DNA of 64,000 nucleotides from Octopus vulgaris (Eukaryota). The stretch is from the NCBI GenBank assembly GCA_951406725.2, contig OX597818.1:77996001-78060000 (forward strand). The letters run 5' to 3'. Shown here in pieces: positions 14,337 to 31,225 of the stretch. The notes beneath the pieces were generated by a model that saw nothing but the letters and a program-made list of their open reading frames with translations, had not been told where the DNA came from and searched no databases. The translations under genes were made by a program, and so were the position numbers. Each line of letters begins with the position of its first letter. The stretch's first letter is position 1.

Positions 14337-14723
14337 AACACACAAGTATTTGCATATATGTGTGTACATATAAACTTATATATCATCATAGCCAACGTCG
14401 ATGCTGGTATGTCTTGGATGCGTCGTTAAGGTCCGAGTGAGTTTTATTCGGAGTTGCTGCTTCTTTAGATGTGGGGAAAACAACATCCTGCTTGTATATT
14501 TCCTTTCGGACACGAATGCATTATATTGTGGTACCAGCCCTATAGATGTTGTCACGCACCTGACACGACCAAAGGGTTAATTCGACTCTATCCTTTACAG
14601 AGTGTGCTGTTTGCGTTTAATTGTAGTGCTGGCTCTTACGAAAGTTTTTATATCCTTAAAAAGTCTAAAGGACACGGTTAACCCCAAATCTTCATTTGCT
14701 CTACTCCCAATTCCGCTTGGGTA

Positions 14724-14777
<54 letters not shown>

Positions 14778-15215
14778 TTGTCTGTCTGTTTGTCAGTCTG
14801 TCTATTTGTCTGTCCGTCTGTCTGTCTATCTGTCTGTCTCTGCGTGTGCAAAATAAATATCTGATATACATACACACACACACACACACACACATATGAA
14901 TACACGCACAAAGGCAAATGCGTATAGTTTGTTTTAGATCACGACAATATCTTTCAGTTGTGTATCATGTTTTGTTTTTGAAAGTTTCTTCGAAGTTTCT
15001 ACTTAATGAGCGTGTGTGAGTAAATGAAAGTGTGTGTGAAAATACATGTATGAATGTATGTATGAATGTGTATGTGTGTGAATATATACATGTATGTACG
15101 AATATATTATGTATAAATGTGTGTGTATGTGTATGAATATATATATATTTATATGTATACTATACGTATTGTATACGTGTGCGTATTTATATACACACGT
15201 TTATGAATTTGTGTT

Positions 15216-15625
15216 GCAAGGAGTGGCTGTGTGGTAAGTAGCTTGCTAACAAACCACATGGTTCCGGGTTCAGTTCCACTGCGTGGCATCTTGGGCAAGT
15301 GTCTTCTGCTATAGTCCCGGGCCGACCAAAGCCTTGTGAGTGGATTTGGTAGACGGAAACTGAAAGAAGCCTGTCGTATATATGTATATATATATATATG
15401 TATGTGTGTGTATGTGTTTGTGTGTCTGTGTTTGTCCCCCTAGCATTGCTTGACAACCGATGCTGGTGTGTTTGCGTCCCCGTCACTTAGCGGTTCGGCA
15501 AAGGAGACCGATAGAATAAGTACTGGGCTTACAAAGAATAAGTCCCGGGGTCGATTTGCTCGACTAAAGGCGGTGCTCCAGCATGGCCGCAGTCAAATGA
15601 CTGAAACAAGTAAAAGAGTAAAGAG
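15216..15625 (+). mobile_element. tRNA-derived SINE family A, near full length
   Basis: GGAGTGGCTGTGTGGTAAG (A box), GGTTCAGTTCC (B box), internal (TA)/(TG) tract, GACTGAAACAAGTAAAAGA tail. Confidence 0.85.
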
Positions 15626-15768
15626 TAAGGTATACACATTGTATATATATGTATATATGTATATATATATACGTATATATATATATATGTATATATGTAT
15701 ATATATATACGTATATATATATGTATATATATATACGTATATATATATATGTAAATATGTATATATAC

Positions 15769-15805
<37 letters not shown>

Positions 15806-15967
15806 CGTATATATATATATGTATGTATATATATACGTATATATATATATGTATATATATATACGTATATATATATGTATATATATATATACGTATATAT
15901 ATGTAAATATGTATATATATATATGTATATTATACACATTATAGATATCTATGTATATAATACATAT

Positions 15968-16012
<45 letters not shown>

Positions 16013-16044
16013 TGTATATATATGTATATTATAAGCATTGTATA

Positions 16045-16889
16045 CGTGATCTGATCAATAAGTATCCGGACTGTTGCCATATTAAAACGAAACTAAATCA
16101 CGCAGAGTAAAGATGCTTGGCACAGATTGACCTTGAACTCCGCTATACATACGCACAAAGTTTTAACGTTCTAGCTAACTTATGCTGTTTACAGCAGTGC
16201 TTGGAAGGAAGGTGTGTAGCGTGTGACCGTCTCATTAACCATAACAGAGAATGTTGAGCAGAGAATCTGCATCAATTCAGAGACCTACGTAAAGTTTTCA
16301 AAAAGTTTTCATCGTTCTCGACACTACGAAGGAAATCTTGTGCAACTGAATCCGGAGTTTCTTTTTGATGAGCTGAAAGCAGCTTTTGGCAGAAATGCAT
16401 CTCATACCCAAATCTTCAGTGATAATGAACTGCACCGTAACTAATCTGCACTTTCTCTGATAACTCACGGACGGTGATTCGATGATTTTCCCTCACAACT
16501 GCACGCACATCTGCGATGCTTTCATCAGTTCTGCTCCCAGAACGTTCGTCAATATCGACATTTATTTTTTTTTGCCATCTTGGAAACGTCTGAACCACTC
16601 GTACACTTGTGTGCGGTTCATACACTCCTCTCCATACACTTTCTGTAACTTTATGCAAGCCTCTCAGCAGGTGTTACATGACAACTTTCTCTGTCATGGT
16701 CAATGCAACGATCACGCTAAGCACCTTCTTTCCAAGCACTGCTGTAAATATCGGAAGTGAGGTAGAACGTTAAATCTTAGTGCGCGTAAGCAACAGAGTT
16801 TAAGGTCACTTTTTGCCAAGCTGCTTCACTCTACGTACTTTAGGTTTGTTACTATGGCAACAATCCGGATACTTATTGATCAAACCTAG
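16045..16889 (-). mobile_element. Second copy of the double-5'-end mariner derivative, opposite orientation
   Basis: TA|CGTGATCTGATCAATAAGTATCCGG ... CCGGATACTTATTGATCAAACCTAG|TA; interior homologous to 4307-5132. Confidence 0.85.
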
Positions 16890-16893
16890 TATT

Positions 16894-16946
<53 letters not shown>

Positions 16947-17037
16947 CACACATTGGATATGTATGTGTCTATATATATATATGTATATGTTATACACATT
17001 GTATATATATATGTATATTACACACATTGGATATGTA

Positions 17038-17082
<45 letters not shown>

Positions 17083-17124
17083 ATTGTGTACATTTTATGT
17101 ATATATGTATGTATATTTTGCTGC

Positions 17125-17385
17125 AACTATCTTGCACGCGTTCTAAGACTGATATATTCACTTCAGAACCACAGGTAAGGTATTTGATGTTGAACCCTTT
17201 AATGCAAAGTCGAAGACATTTCAGGCCCTTCTTCGAGAGCTCCTTTATGCTGATGATGTAGTTGCTTACACCGAGGAGGACATGCAGGCTATATCTGATC
17301 TCTTCTCAGGAGCTTGTATTGCTATTGGACTTACCATCAGTCTAAAGAAAATAAAGATCATGTTCTCTCAGCCATCAAGTCAACC
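17125..17385 (+). mobile_element. RTE-clade LINE reverse transcriptase fragment
   Basis: Translates ..RELLYADDV..TEEDMQAISDLFSGACIAIGLTISLKKIKIM. Confidence 0.7.
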
Positions 17386-18700
17386 ATATCTTGTTTTTTT
17401 GTAGGGGGACCACAACAGGCAGCAGTATTCGAGGTGGGGGCCTAGCGAATGTGAAGAAGAGAAGGATGATGGTTTCATGATCCCTAGATTGGAAAGTTCT
17501 GAGGATCCATGAGCACATTCTGCGGGCAACATCGATATTTTTGTTGATGTGTATACCCCAACTAAGGTTGCTGTCGACAGTTACACCTAAGTCACTGATA
17601 TTATCCGACGGTTCAAGTTGGTCTTCCGACGGTAGTGTATATGGATGTTTGAGTGTGTTCCCTCTTCCAAAGTGGATGAGCTCAAATTTTTCTTCGTTCA
17701 ACTGCATATTGTTTGTTTTGTGCTCACTGGGTTACTGCGCATAGGTCCGATTGAATCATTGTTCGATCATATTCTCCCTTAATGACTTTCTGGAGCTTAG
17801 TCATCTGCAAATATTTTTATGGTGCTATATCATTGATATAGAAAATAAAAAGGAGTGGACCTAGCACAGTAACCTGCGGGACTCCGCCGTTGACTTTTGC
17901 TGGTCTTGAGTGGATGCCATCAACCACAACATGCTGGGTCCTGTTTGTTAGGAAATACTTAATCCATTAAAGAGCTTTCCACCGACTCCAGCGTTGGATA
18001 GTTTCTTTAACAGTATATTGTGGTCGACTCTATCAAAGGCATTGCTGAAATCAAAGTATATGACATCCGCGTTGGAGCCCTCACTTAATGCATTTAAGAT
18101 GTCATCAAAGTGATGGAGGAGCTGTGTTAGACAGTCCCTCCTACCACGAAAGGTTGCAATTTAGGAGATGATATTGTTCTAGGAAGGCTTTTATTCTTGA
18201 TCTCAACACTCTCTCAAATACTTTGATGATATGTGAGGTGAGTGAGATTGGATGGTAGTTTACAGGGCAGGGAGCGATTTATTACCCTTTTTAAAGATAG
18301 GAACGACTGACTGGGAGTGGAGGTTTTGAGGAATAAAACCGGAATCCAGTGATTTCCTCCAGAGATTTGCAAGGGGAGCTGGAAGTTGCTGTCTGTATTT
18401 CTTCAGAACTCTAGCAGGGAACCTGTCCGTACCCACTGCTGAATCAGCTTTGATTTCTTTTATTGCTGCTAGGGTATCAGTGGCGTTGAAGGTTATGTCG
18501 GAAAGGATATTTTGAGGATTCACAGAAGCTAAGTTGCTTGGGTCAACTAAATCAGGGTCACTGAAGACAGAGCAATATTAACTTTGCAGGATCTCAGCCA
18601 TATCTGTGGCATCATTGTGGAGGATGCCGTTTCCGTCAGCCAGTGGGCCGATACGGAAACTGTGGTCCTATGAGCTTTTGCAAAGGAGTAGAAGACCTTA
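17386..18700 (-). mobile_element. CR1/L2-like LINE RT pseudogene fragment
   Basis: VVPIFKKGNKS, YHPISLTSHIIKVFE, YFDFSNAFDRVDH, GVPQ, FADD, MQLNEEKF, DLGVTVDSNLSW. Confidence 0.85.
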
Positions 18701-18719
18701 TATATTATATACGTTTTGC

Positions 18720-18751
<32 letters not shown>

Positions 18752-18961
18752 TTTGCATATATATATATATAAATATATGCAAAATGTGTATTATATATAT
18801 ATATATTATACACGTTTTGCATATATATATATGTATATTATGCACATTTTGCATATATATATATGTGTGTATATATATATATATATAAATATATGCAAAA
18901 TGTGTATTATATATATATTATACACGTTTTGCATATATATATATGTATATTATGCACATTT

Positions 18962-18998
<37 letters not shown>

Positions 18999-19049
18999 TA
19001 TACACATTTTGCATATGTATACATATATATATGTGTATATTATACACAT

Positions 19050-19121
<72 letters not shown>

Positions 19122-19122
<1 letters not shown>

Positions 19123-19265
19123 GAGGCGTAATTGTCCAGTGGTGAGGACAGCGGACTCGCGTTCATAGGATCGCAGTTTCGATTCCCAGACCGAGCATGG
19201 TGGGTGTTTATTGAGCAAAAACACTTAAAGCTTAAGGCAGTGGGTGGTGACAAACCTTGCTGTAT
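19122..19265 (+). mobile_element. tRNA-derived SINE head (family C)
   Basis: A/B-box-like CAGTGGTGAG, GTTTCGATTCC and TTGAGCAAAAACACTT core. Confidence 0.55.
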
Positions 19266-19283
19266 TCTTTCATCACACAGACA

Positions 19284-19322
<39 letters not shown>

Positions 19323-19398
19323 CACACACACACATTTATATATATATATATGTATATTATACACATTGTGTATTTATGTATATTATATACGTTGTGCA

Positions 19399-21812
<2,414 letters not shown>

Positions 21813-22546
21813 TATTATCAACAATGATCTGCGTTGGACGTGCCAAATTTTAAAAATTATCTAAAAACCGAAGGGGTCTTAGCTGCTCGCCAGTTATTTA
21901 TTTAAAGCTATATATAGTTATGGTAGTTCCACACAATTTACATCTCTTGTCTGTACACCCATTTTATCCAAAATATTGATCTGTGGGAAGCAGTGATAGA
22001 GGGTATTCATGTGTTTACAGAGACATGCAACCAGACGAATGCCCTCTGTCGGTCGCTTATCATGGCTTGAATGTATTGCTATCTGGACATCAGCACACTA
22101 AAATGTTAATTATCCACCATCTTTCCAGCCACAAATTTGGCCACCTTTTTGAATTCAGCATCTCTACAACCCATGGTCAAATTTAAAAACAAACAGCACT
22201 ACACTCATGACTTTCAGAAACATTCTTCTTTCCCGCTCAGAATTTATCAAAGCATGGAATAAACTACCCACATTATTTGTGAGCTGTCAGGGCACCGACA
22301 CGCTTCCTTTAAAAGAAATTGACCAACACTATTTCTGACATACCCCTGTACCATTTCCTTCTTATGGTTCTTTTACTGTTTAGTTTTCTATCTTTATGTG
22401 TTTTACTGTGTACTCAGCTTGTACTTCTGGCTATGATTACTTACTTTCTTCACTTATTACTGCTTTTTGTTATCTCTTTTAACCGCTGAGTACTGTATAC
22501 TATATGCCCATTCTCTCTCTCTTTCTATTTATATGTGTGTGTATAA

Positions 22547-22595
<49 letters not shown>

Positions 22596-22614
22596 TATAT
22601 CTATGTACATATTT

Positions 22615-22845
22615 ATGACATTTATTGCGTCACATGTTCACAATGCTATGAGAAATATATCTGCCAAACCGGCTCAAAATCTAAACATTAGGGTACATAA
22701 GCAACAGATCAAAAACGTATCTCTTAAAAATATTCCATCTCGACATTTATGCAAAAGGAAACTACAAAAATAAAGGATGCAAATGAATTACGAAAAGCAA
22801 AAGAATACTTTATAAGAATTTTAAATCCGAAACGAAGCTAGGAAT
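22615..22845 (+). mobile_element. Penelope-like GIY-YIG endonuclease remnant
   Basis: IYCVTCSQCYEKYICQTG..RVHKQQIK, parallel to the domain at 53861-54205. Confidence 0.6.
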
Positions 22846-23015
22846 AGTCAACACCACTACTGAAAACAACTTCCTTCATAAAGAATATCCAGTAACACGT
22901 GTGTTTGAAAAGCTATAACTAATGAAAGCGCTTACACAATTTGAAAACTCCCTTCCAAAAGATTTGTGCTACTCGGTTGCTTTTAAATTATTTTTTTTAT
23001 ATAACTAATTGATAA

Positions 23016-25294
23016 CATTGGTTAGCAAAATTAAATGTATTATATTCCTTATGAATGCAAACCAACTTTTTTAGATTAATTTTTCATGCTGATTTCAAAA
23101 TCCATTTGTATGCAGCACGTATCAGTTTTTCGATAGTTACATGCAAACATTTACATATTTGTATATATGAAATCATTAACATAATAAATAAGGACATATT
23201 ATTTCTAGAAAGTAAATGAGTTTATTGAGTTAAAAATCATCACTATCACTCTACAAAGAGTGAGTACACAAAAAAATGGGTCAGACAAAACAAAGTTAGA
23301 AACATTGTGATTTGGATTTCCTGCAGTGTTCCTGATCTGGTTGATCACGGTAAAGTGTCCAGCAGAAGTCAGCCAGCATACTGTCATTCCAGAAGCCTTG
23401 GTATTCTCCATAGCACTAATGTCCTGGAGAAATCTTTCACCATGTTCATCAGACACTGCTCCAAGTTTATCTGGGAAGAAATCCAGATGGGATTCCAAGA
23501 AGTGAACTTTCAGTGACATGCAACAACCCATTGCTGAGTGACATTTCAGAAGATTCTTGATGCCATCCTTGTAGTCCATTGCCTTCTTGTTGCCCAAGAA
23601 ATTCTCACAGATCCAATTGAAAGCATTCCAGGCAGGGAGTTCCAGTTCATCCAATGTTGTCTTGAAGGTGACATCTTTGAGTACTTCTCTAGTATAGGGT
23701 CCGACAAAGATATCCTCTTTCAACCTCACCTGTGGCATTTCTCTTCCCTAGTGTCTTTACAAACTGTTTCATCAGTCCAAGCTTTATGTGCTAAGGAGGC
23801 AATAGAACATTACATGGATCTAAAAGAGGTGTATTCTTGACGCTAGGCAATCCTGGTTGGTATGATGTTCTTGTTTGCCAGTTTGATACCGAATAATGTT
23901 TGTCAGTTGCCCGACTATCTCATAGACACAAAAAACAATAGTATTTTGTGAAACCTGACTGCATTCCCATTAACATTCTAATGACTTTTAAATCTCCACA
24001 TATTTTCCATGAGTATCTTTCATAGGCATTGGCATGAAGTAAAAGTTTCATATTCTCATATGATTCATGAAGATGAACGGGGTGTGCAATAGGAATGGAG
24101 GGCTTCAAATTACCATTATGGAGAAGTACAGCTTTTAAACTTCATTTTGAAGAGTCAATAAACAAATCACACTCTGCAGGATTATGATTTTGTAATAAAC
24201 ATTCGAAAAGTCCATCAATTTTATTGCAAAAGCAAAGCGGGCCTTCAACAGAAAAATACTTTTGTAGAACCACATTTCTCTGCCGAAAATAGGTTATACG
24301 AACACCGTGCTCTAGCAGATCTCCTTCAGTCTTGATGTCAACAGTTCTACTTTATCTTTTGAGAGGGATAGGTCTTTGACAAGATCATTCAGTTCAGTTT
24401 GAGAAAATTTCTGAGATTCAATGCTATCGACATCAGCCACGTAATCTTCCTCAGCAGCACTATCGTGACAGTCAGCATCATCATCTAATGTTTCAATACC
24501 ATCATTTCGTGGAGCTGGAATTGGTAGGCTTCCATTGTGAGACACAGGTCTCATTGTAGAATCCAAATTGGGATACACAATTTTGTGTTTATTCTTCATA
24601 GAAAATCCTGTGATATTTACTTTGCTAAAATAACAGTCATTAAAATGGTCTTTCGGCTCCCTCTATATCATTTGAATGACAAAAGGCATGGACCTCTTCT
24701 TATTGAACCAGTCACGTAAGCTATTTGAGCAAGCTGAGCAGATAAAATGTGGTGCCCATAACTTGTCTTGATCTCCAAGAGGACAGTCAAAGTATAGCTT
24801 ATAAATCCTCTTGATCTCTGATGTACGTTTTTGAGCTTTCACAATAAATTGTCCACAGACATAACAAAACACATTAGGACGATTTCTACACTTGACATTA
24901 TTAACATTGTAAAACAAGAAAGGAAATAGATACAAACGGTTATACTTATATTGAATTTGAGATGATGAAATATTTCATCGGAATAATTATGACTGAACAA
25001 TTAGATGTTGAAATACCTATTTCACCAAACAAATTTGACTGGTTAATTTAAGATGAACTATTGCATCTAAACTATGCAGCAATGAATAATGTAGTTTATT
25101 TTAAAGGTATGTTTCCATGATTTAAATGAAATACATGAATACTATACAATGTATGAGCTAAAACTAAAAAAAATTTATCATCTTAAAAACTGTACGGGAT
25201 GTCAAAAAACTAACTGCATATTTGAAATCAGCATTAAAAACTACACTAATTACACCTTGACTTATGCTTGATGAAAAATACTTGTTGACCAGTG
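23016..25294 (-). mobile_element. Chapaev3-type (CMC) DNA transposon, both ends present, transposase pseudogenised
   Basis: TAA|CATTGGTTAGCAA ... TTGTTGACCAGTG|TAA (CAC terminus, TWA TSD); subterminal ATGCTGATTTCAAA inverted pair; motifs FCYVCG, GDQDKLWAPH, FIDSS, ICGDLK, IFVGP, MSLKVHFL, SDEHGERF. Confidence 0.85.
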
Positions 25295-25351
25295 TAATTT
25301 TTAAGATAAGTTAAATATCTTTCTTCAAAAATTGTAACTATATCAAGCATT

Positions 25352-25500
25352 CTTAGTGGCTAGGGTATTTGGCTTACGATCGTAAGGTCGTAAGTTCGAT
25401 TCCTGGCGGTGCATTGCGTCCTTTAACAAGACACTTTATTTTTCGTTGCTTCAGTTCACTCAGCTTGCAAAAATGTGTTGTACTTATAATTCAAAGGGCT
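25352..25500 (+). mobile_element. SINE family C fragment
   Basis: TAGTGGCTAG..AGTTCGATTCC..GTCCTTTAACAAGACACTT. Confidence 0.6.
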
Positions 25501-26735
25501 TATACTTGGTAGTATACTGGTAAAGCACGGTCACTTTCAGTGTTTGTTGTGTATTTGTGTATCCCATGAGAGGGATCGATGCTAGATGTGTCAAAACAAT
25601 TGTAGTTATTAATAAAAATTCTTCCATCTCTCTCTCTCACGCACACACACACACACACATGTGTGTGTACACATGTATGTAATGTTATTCATACTTATGT
25701 ATGCCTGGATATATAATAATTCTGTGAGCAATTACGAATTACGAGTGAATGATTAACTTTACAAAATAACACAACAATGTGTACACTTTAAGACCCACTA
25801 AACTTTGATATTTGAATTTTGGAGTCAAATTGTTTCACTACATATCATAAACTCTCTGCAATAATCCTGAGAACTGCATGAAAGTCTTATATTCAAATTA
25901 TCATCACTTATAAATTCGTTGCTTGTGATCCACCGGAAAAAAAAAAAGAAAAAAAAATCAGTTGAGACTATGTCGTCTGCTGTTTTAAAATCATCAGAGT
26001 TACTCGGATTTGCTTCAATGTTTTTATTTTATCGTTTCTTCCACATTTTCCTTCCACGTTGCCTTCTTACAATTCCACCTATTTCTTTCTCTCTTTCTTA
26101 CTCTTTCTTTCATTGTCTCTCATTTTCTCTCATTCATTCATTCTTATTTTTGTTTTCATTTTCTTTTAGTTATTTCTTTTCATTCTTCCTTTCTCTCGTT
26201 TTTTCCTTCATTCCTTCCTACCCTCAACTCATGTCCTGTCCTATCCTCACCAATAATTCTATCTCTTGAATTCCGTTTCAAAATCTCAGCAGAAAGCAAT
26301 CAACTACGATACAATTCCATTATTTCTATTTCTGCAGCCAATCTTAACCGATCCCGTCTATGTCAAAGAACATCTTAACAACACCGTTTTCACTATTCGC
26401 TTTATTTATATGGCATATGATTACCATTTATAACATCGACAAGGAATTAGATTGTTTGAGACTGCTTTTGTTAGGTTTTGTTCGGATTTTATTGTGTGGT
26501 CTTTATTGTTTGATGTTAATTTGGATATCTAGAATCAAGAAATAATGTTATTTGTTACTCTAGTGTATTCACTTGCCATTCAAATAACTCTCTCAGACAA
26601 GCTATTTGTCTATCTGACTGTCTTCCTCTATTTCTCGCTTTCTCTCTCACTATCTCTCTCTCTCTCACTCCACACATACACATACACACATGGAAAGAGA
26701 CAGATAAACAGCTTATCTATGAAATAAATGTGTGT

Positions 26736-26788
<53 letters not shown>

Positions 26789-26857
26789 CACACACATACA
26801 CACATACATACACACATGGAGAGAGACAAACAGTTTATCTGAGAAATATGTATGTAG

Positions 26858-26906
<49 letters not shown>

Positions 26907-27109
26907 GTATGACAGCAAGATGATAACGAGATAATTCAACGCCAAGCCAAAGCGTTTACTCACGTGACCTCTTTGGGAAAAATCAATAATCCTATATGGT
27001 CCCATTTTTGAATACATTCCAATGTGGTGCATTCAACATTTGATACTTTTATTGTGTTAATATGGACGCAAGCTTGGCCAAATGGTTTAGAAGTTCGCTT
27101 CCCAATCAC

Positions 27110-27595
27110 TGTGGAGGCGTGTGGCTTAGTGATTAGGGTGTCAGCATCATGCTCGTAAGATTGTGGTTTCGATTCCTGGCCGGGCGACGCGTTGTGTTCT
27201 TGAGCAAAACACTTCATTTCACGTTGCTCCAGTCCACTCAGCTGGCAAAAATGAGTAACGCTTCGATGGACTAGCGTCCCGTCCAGCTGGGGAACACATA
27301 CGCCATTGAAACCGGGAAGTCGGGCCCATGAGACTGACTAGGTGACTAGGCTTTAAAAGGGCGCATTTATTTTTGTGGAAGCACATGGCCTAGTGGTCGA
27401 AGGATTGCGGGATCGAATCTCAGACCGGGCGATGTGTGTGTTTATGAGTGAAACTTCTGCTGACTCTTTCGCCACAACTTTCTCTCACTCTTTCCTCCTG
27501 CATCTTGCAGCTCACCTGCGACGGACCGGCGACCCGTCCAGATGGGGAACCTATAGGCCCTTATGAGCCAGGCATGGCTCGAGAAGGAACAAACA
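27110..27595 (+). mobile_element. Two adjacent tRNA-derived SINEs (family C and relative)
   Basis: TGGCTTAGTGATTAG / GTTTCGATTCC boxes at 27120-27180; second head at 27375. Confidence 0.7.
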
Positions 27596-27879
27596 AAAAA
27601 CTTCACAATCACGTGGTCATAGTTTCGATCCCGTTGTACGACCTCTTGGGTCCAAGCGGCTTTTATCATAGCCTCAGGTTAGCTCTAGTCTTGTGAATGA
27701 AATTGGTTCAACGGAAACTGAGGAAGCCCGTCTTGTGGATTGTATCTGTAATTCAAAGGTTACATAAGTAGTGCACGTAGCTTATATCCTTATTCAGTAA
27801 GCAGGTAGTTCAGTTATTCAAACGATTGAATATTCATCGTTGAAAACGACGAAGATCCATTTCTTTACATTATCTTTTC

Positions 27880-28370
<491 letters not shown>

Positions 28371-28744
28371 GCTACGTCTGCAGCTAAATTTCCCATGTTC
28401 AGCAAAAAAAATAGAAGGATAATGTAGTCCTAGATATACCAAGACTAAAAAATAAAGGATGAGATGGTCACGGTTGGGATAGTTTTGATAATTGATATTC
28501 TTGATTTAGATTGACCTGGTGTAAACGACAGCAATAAAAGGGGAAACGAGTAAATAATAATAATAATAATAATAATAATAATCCTTTCTACAATAGGCCT
28601 GAAATTTTGGGAGAGGGGATTACTCGATTATATCATGCCCCAATGCTTAAGTAGTATTTATTTTATCGGCCCTGAAAGAGTGAAAGGCAGAGTCGACTTC
28701 GGCGGAATTTAAACTCAGAACATGAAGACGGGCGAAATGCTAGA

Positions 28745-29155
28745 CCAGACACAACAATTGTAGATAAGGAAAAGCGAAGTTGCTTACTTATCGACCCGTC
28801 GTGCCTGTTTGATTCCAGGATCGTAAAGAAAGAGAAAGAAAAAAATACAATCCCTTAAAGTTTGAAATAGGAAGAATTTGGAGCATGCGAACAGAAAAGA
28901 TTGTACCGCTAATAATTGGTGCGTTTGGAACAGTAAGTAAAGATATAGACAAATGGCTGAATAAGATTGAAATAGAATGCCCGGTAGAGTTCCTACAGAA
29001 AGTTTGTCTCTTATGGTCAGCAAGGATTATCAGGAGGGTTCTGAGCACTTGAAAGACTGCTGAAAACATATAATTATCTAAGGTTACAGGTAGTAACCCG
29101 CTATTCATATAATTCCTACCAAGAATAAGACCGAACTTGAGCCAAACCAAAATGA
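28745..29155 (+). mobile_element. R4/Dong-like (RLE) LINE 3' fragment
   Basis: RPD motif, IIGAFGTV, LQKVCLLWSARIIRRVLST*. Confidence 0.65.
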
Positions 29156-29928
29156 TAATATCATCATCGTCTCTTGACTTTTTCTAGTTTGAAAAGCTAG
29201 TTTATTCCACAGACTGTAGGAATATATTATATTACATCTATCCTAGTTTAACACGGGGTTTTGGAAAGGGGAAAAACAAAACCCGCGATAAATGAATCAT
29301 TCCAACGTATTTTGTAAATGGAGTGAATGGTTGATTCATTGACACCAAACAGGCAGCTGACAGCAACGACGCTTTCACTGTCATGTTATTTTTTGGATCA
29401 TCTCTACCTTTTCCCGTAGAGAATACACTTGTCTGCAATGTTTGTAAAGAACAAGCGCCTTCTTTTATTTTCTGTTTTCTGGTCCTATATTGATGGGTAC
29501 CAGTACGTAAATCTATATAACAAATTCTCAGCTTCACAGTACGCTCCTGTAAATATAAGCGATAGCCAGTGCATTCTGGATAACGGAACATTGTGGGTAG
29601 TCACTGAGGCGCGTTTTTGTGGTAGAAGCAGAATCTTTGACTATTTATAATTAGAATAATTTATATCTATTTATGCAAAAAAAAACAAAACAATACTAAA
29701 AATAAGACATGCGATATGTGGTAATAACAAAAAAATTGATTATTCTTTTCTGCATCATCCTAAAAGCTGGAGCTTAAGAAATGGTACAGAACTAATTTCT
29801 GTTGAACTTCTTAGAAGTCTTGTGTTCTACATTGAACATAAAATAGTTCACAACTGAGCGTACTGCGTTACCTTGGATCAATGATAAAGGAATTAAGATA
29901 AACGAGGGTATATGTATATTATATTAAC

Positions 29929-30940
29929 GCAGATGTGGTTGTATGGCAAGAAGTTTGCTTGTCATCCACATAGATCTGGGTTCAGTGCCTTCTACTATAG
30001 TCAAAATCCTTGTAAGTGGATTTCGTAGATGGAAACTGAAAGAATACCATCGTGTGTGTGTGTGTGAGAGAGAGAGAAAGAGAGAGAGAGAGAAAGAGAG
30101 AGAGAGAATATTAAGAAAGGAGGTATAAGACGAGTATATTTATTTCACAAGTTGATATCCATTGGGTGACGTCTGTTTCGCAGCCAACATCATGCAAAAT
30201 AATTTATTTTAGGGTATAATAAATGATTTTACATGTCTACACTAATATGCATGCTATAAATTGCATAGTATTATTGTACATATTACAAACCAATGCAAAT
30301 AGAGAAGGCTAGCTCTTCAGATCAACAGAATATCATGGTTACATCAATTTTTCAACTCTATGTCTGCATTGGTTGGTAAAATGTACAATTTATAATATAC
30401 ATACTAGTGCAGACATGTAAAATAATTTATTAAGCACTAAAATAAATAATTTTGTATGATGTTGGCTGCGAAACGGCCGTCATCTTATGGATATCAACTG
30501 GTGAAATAAATATATTCGTCTTATACCTCCTGGTTTTTTAAATATTCTATATACTCCTCATGAAATAATCTTCACTAATTGGATTTACTGGGTTTCAATT
30601 GCATAGGACTCTATATTACACTCCTACATATTGGTTTACTATGTGGTTTGTCCATTAAGGGAGCTTTTTTGTGATTACTACCAGATTATATAAATCCATA
30701 TATTGTACATTAAATAGATGTGTGTTTGTGTGTATTTGTGCCTGTGTTTGTTTCCCATCACCGCTTGACATTTGATGTTGGTGTGTTTGCGTGTCGTAAC
30801 TTAGTGGTTCGGCGAAAGAGACCAATTAAAATAAGGGCCAGGCTTAAAAAATAAGTTTTGGGGTCAATTCGTTTGACAAAAATTCTTCATGGTGATGTCC
30901 CAGCATGGCCGCAGTCAACTGAATGAAATATGTAAAAGAT
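29929..30940 (+). mobile_element. SINE family A interrupted by a palindromic PLE-type insert
   Basis: 5' half 29929-30050 and 3' half 30720-30940. Confidence 0.65.
30105..30548. repeat. Imperfect ~195-bp-arm inverted repeat containing a hammerhead-like motif
   Basis: GGAGGTATAAGACGAGTATATTTATTTCAC.. vs ..GTGAAATAAATATATTCGTCTTATACCTCC. Confidence 0.8.
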
Positions 30941-31225
30941 AACTATATATTGTATTGCAAAATTTTCGTTGGAAATGCCATTTATCTAAAAGATAGAAGA
31001 TTAATCTATTCCAGAGAAAAGTTTAAAATTTTCCTTCACCTGTACTCTGCAAAACACGAACACCACTCATATTGATTTCAACAAATTTATTGGTTTTTCT
31101 TAACCTAGAAGATCATCAAAGACAATTCCATAATCATCAAAAGATTACAGAATCGTCTTATTATTTAGCTCAGTATTTCTCAAAGTGATTGGAACTGCCT
31201 CCTGAAGGGTTGCAGTGAAACTTTT

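Noticed and set aside
27110-27185. tRNA gene
   Set aside because: A/B boxes belong to a SINE head; no acceptor stem or full cloverleaf
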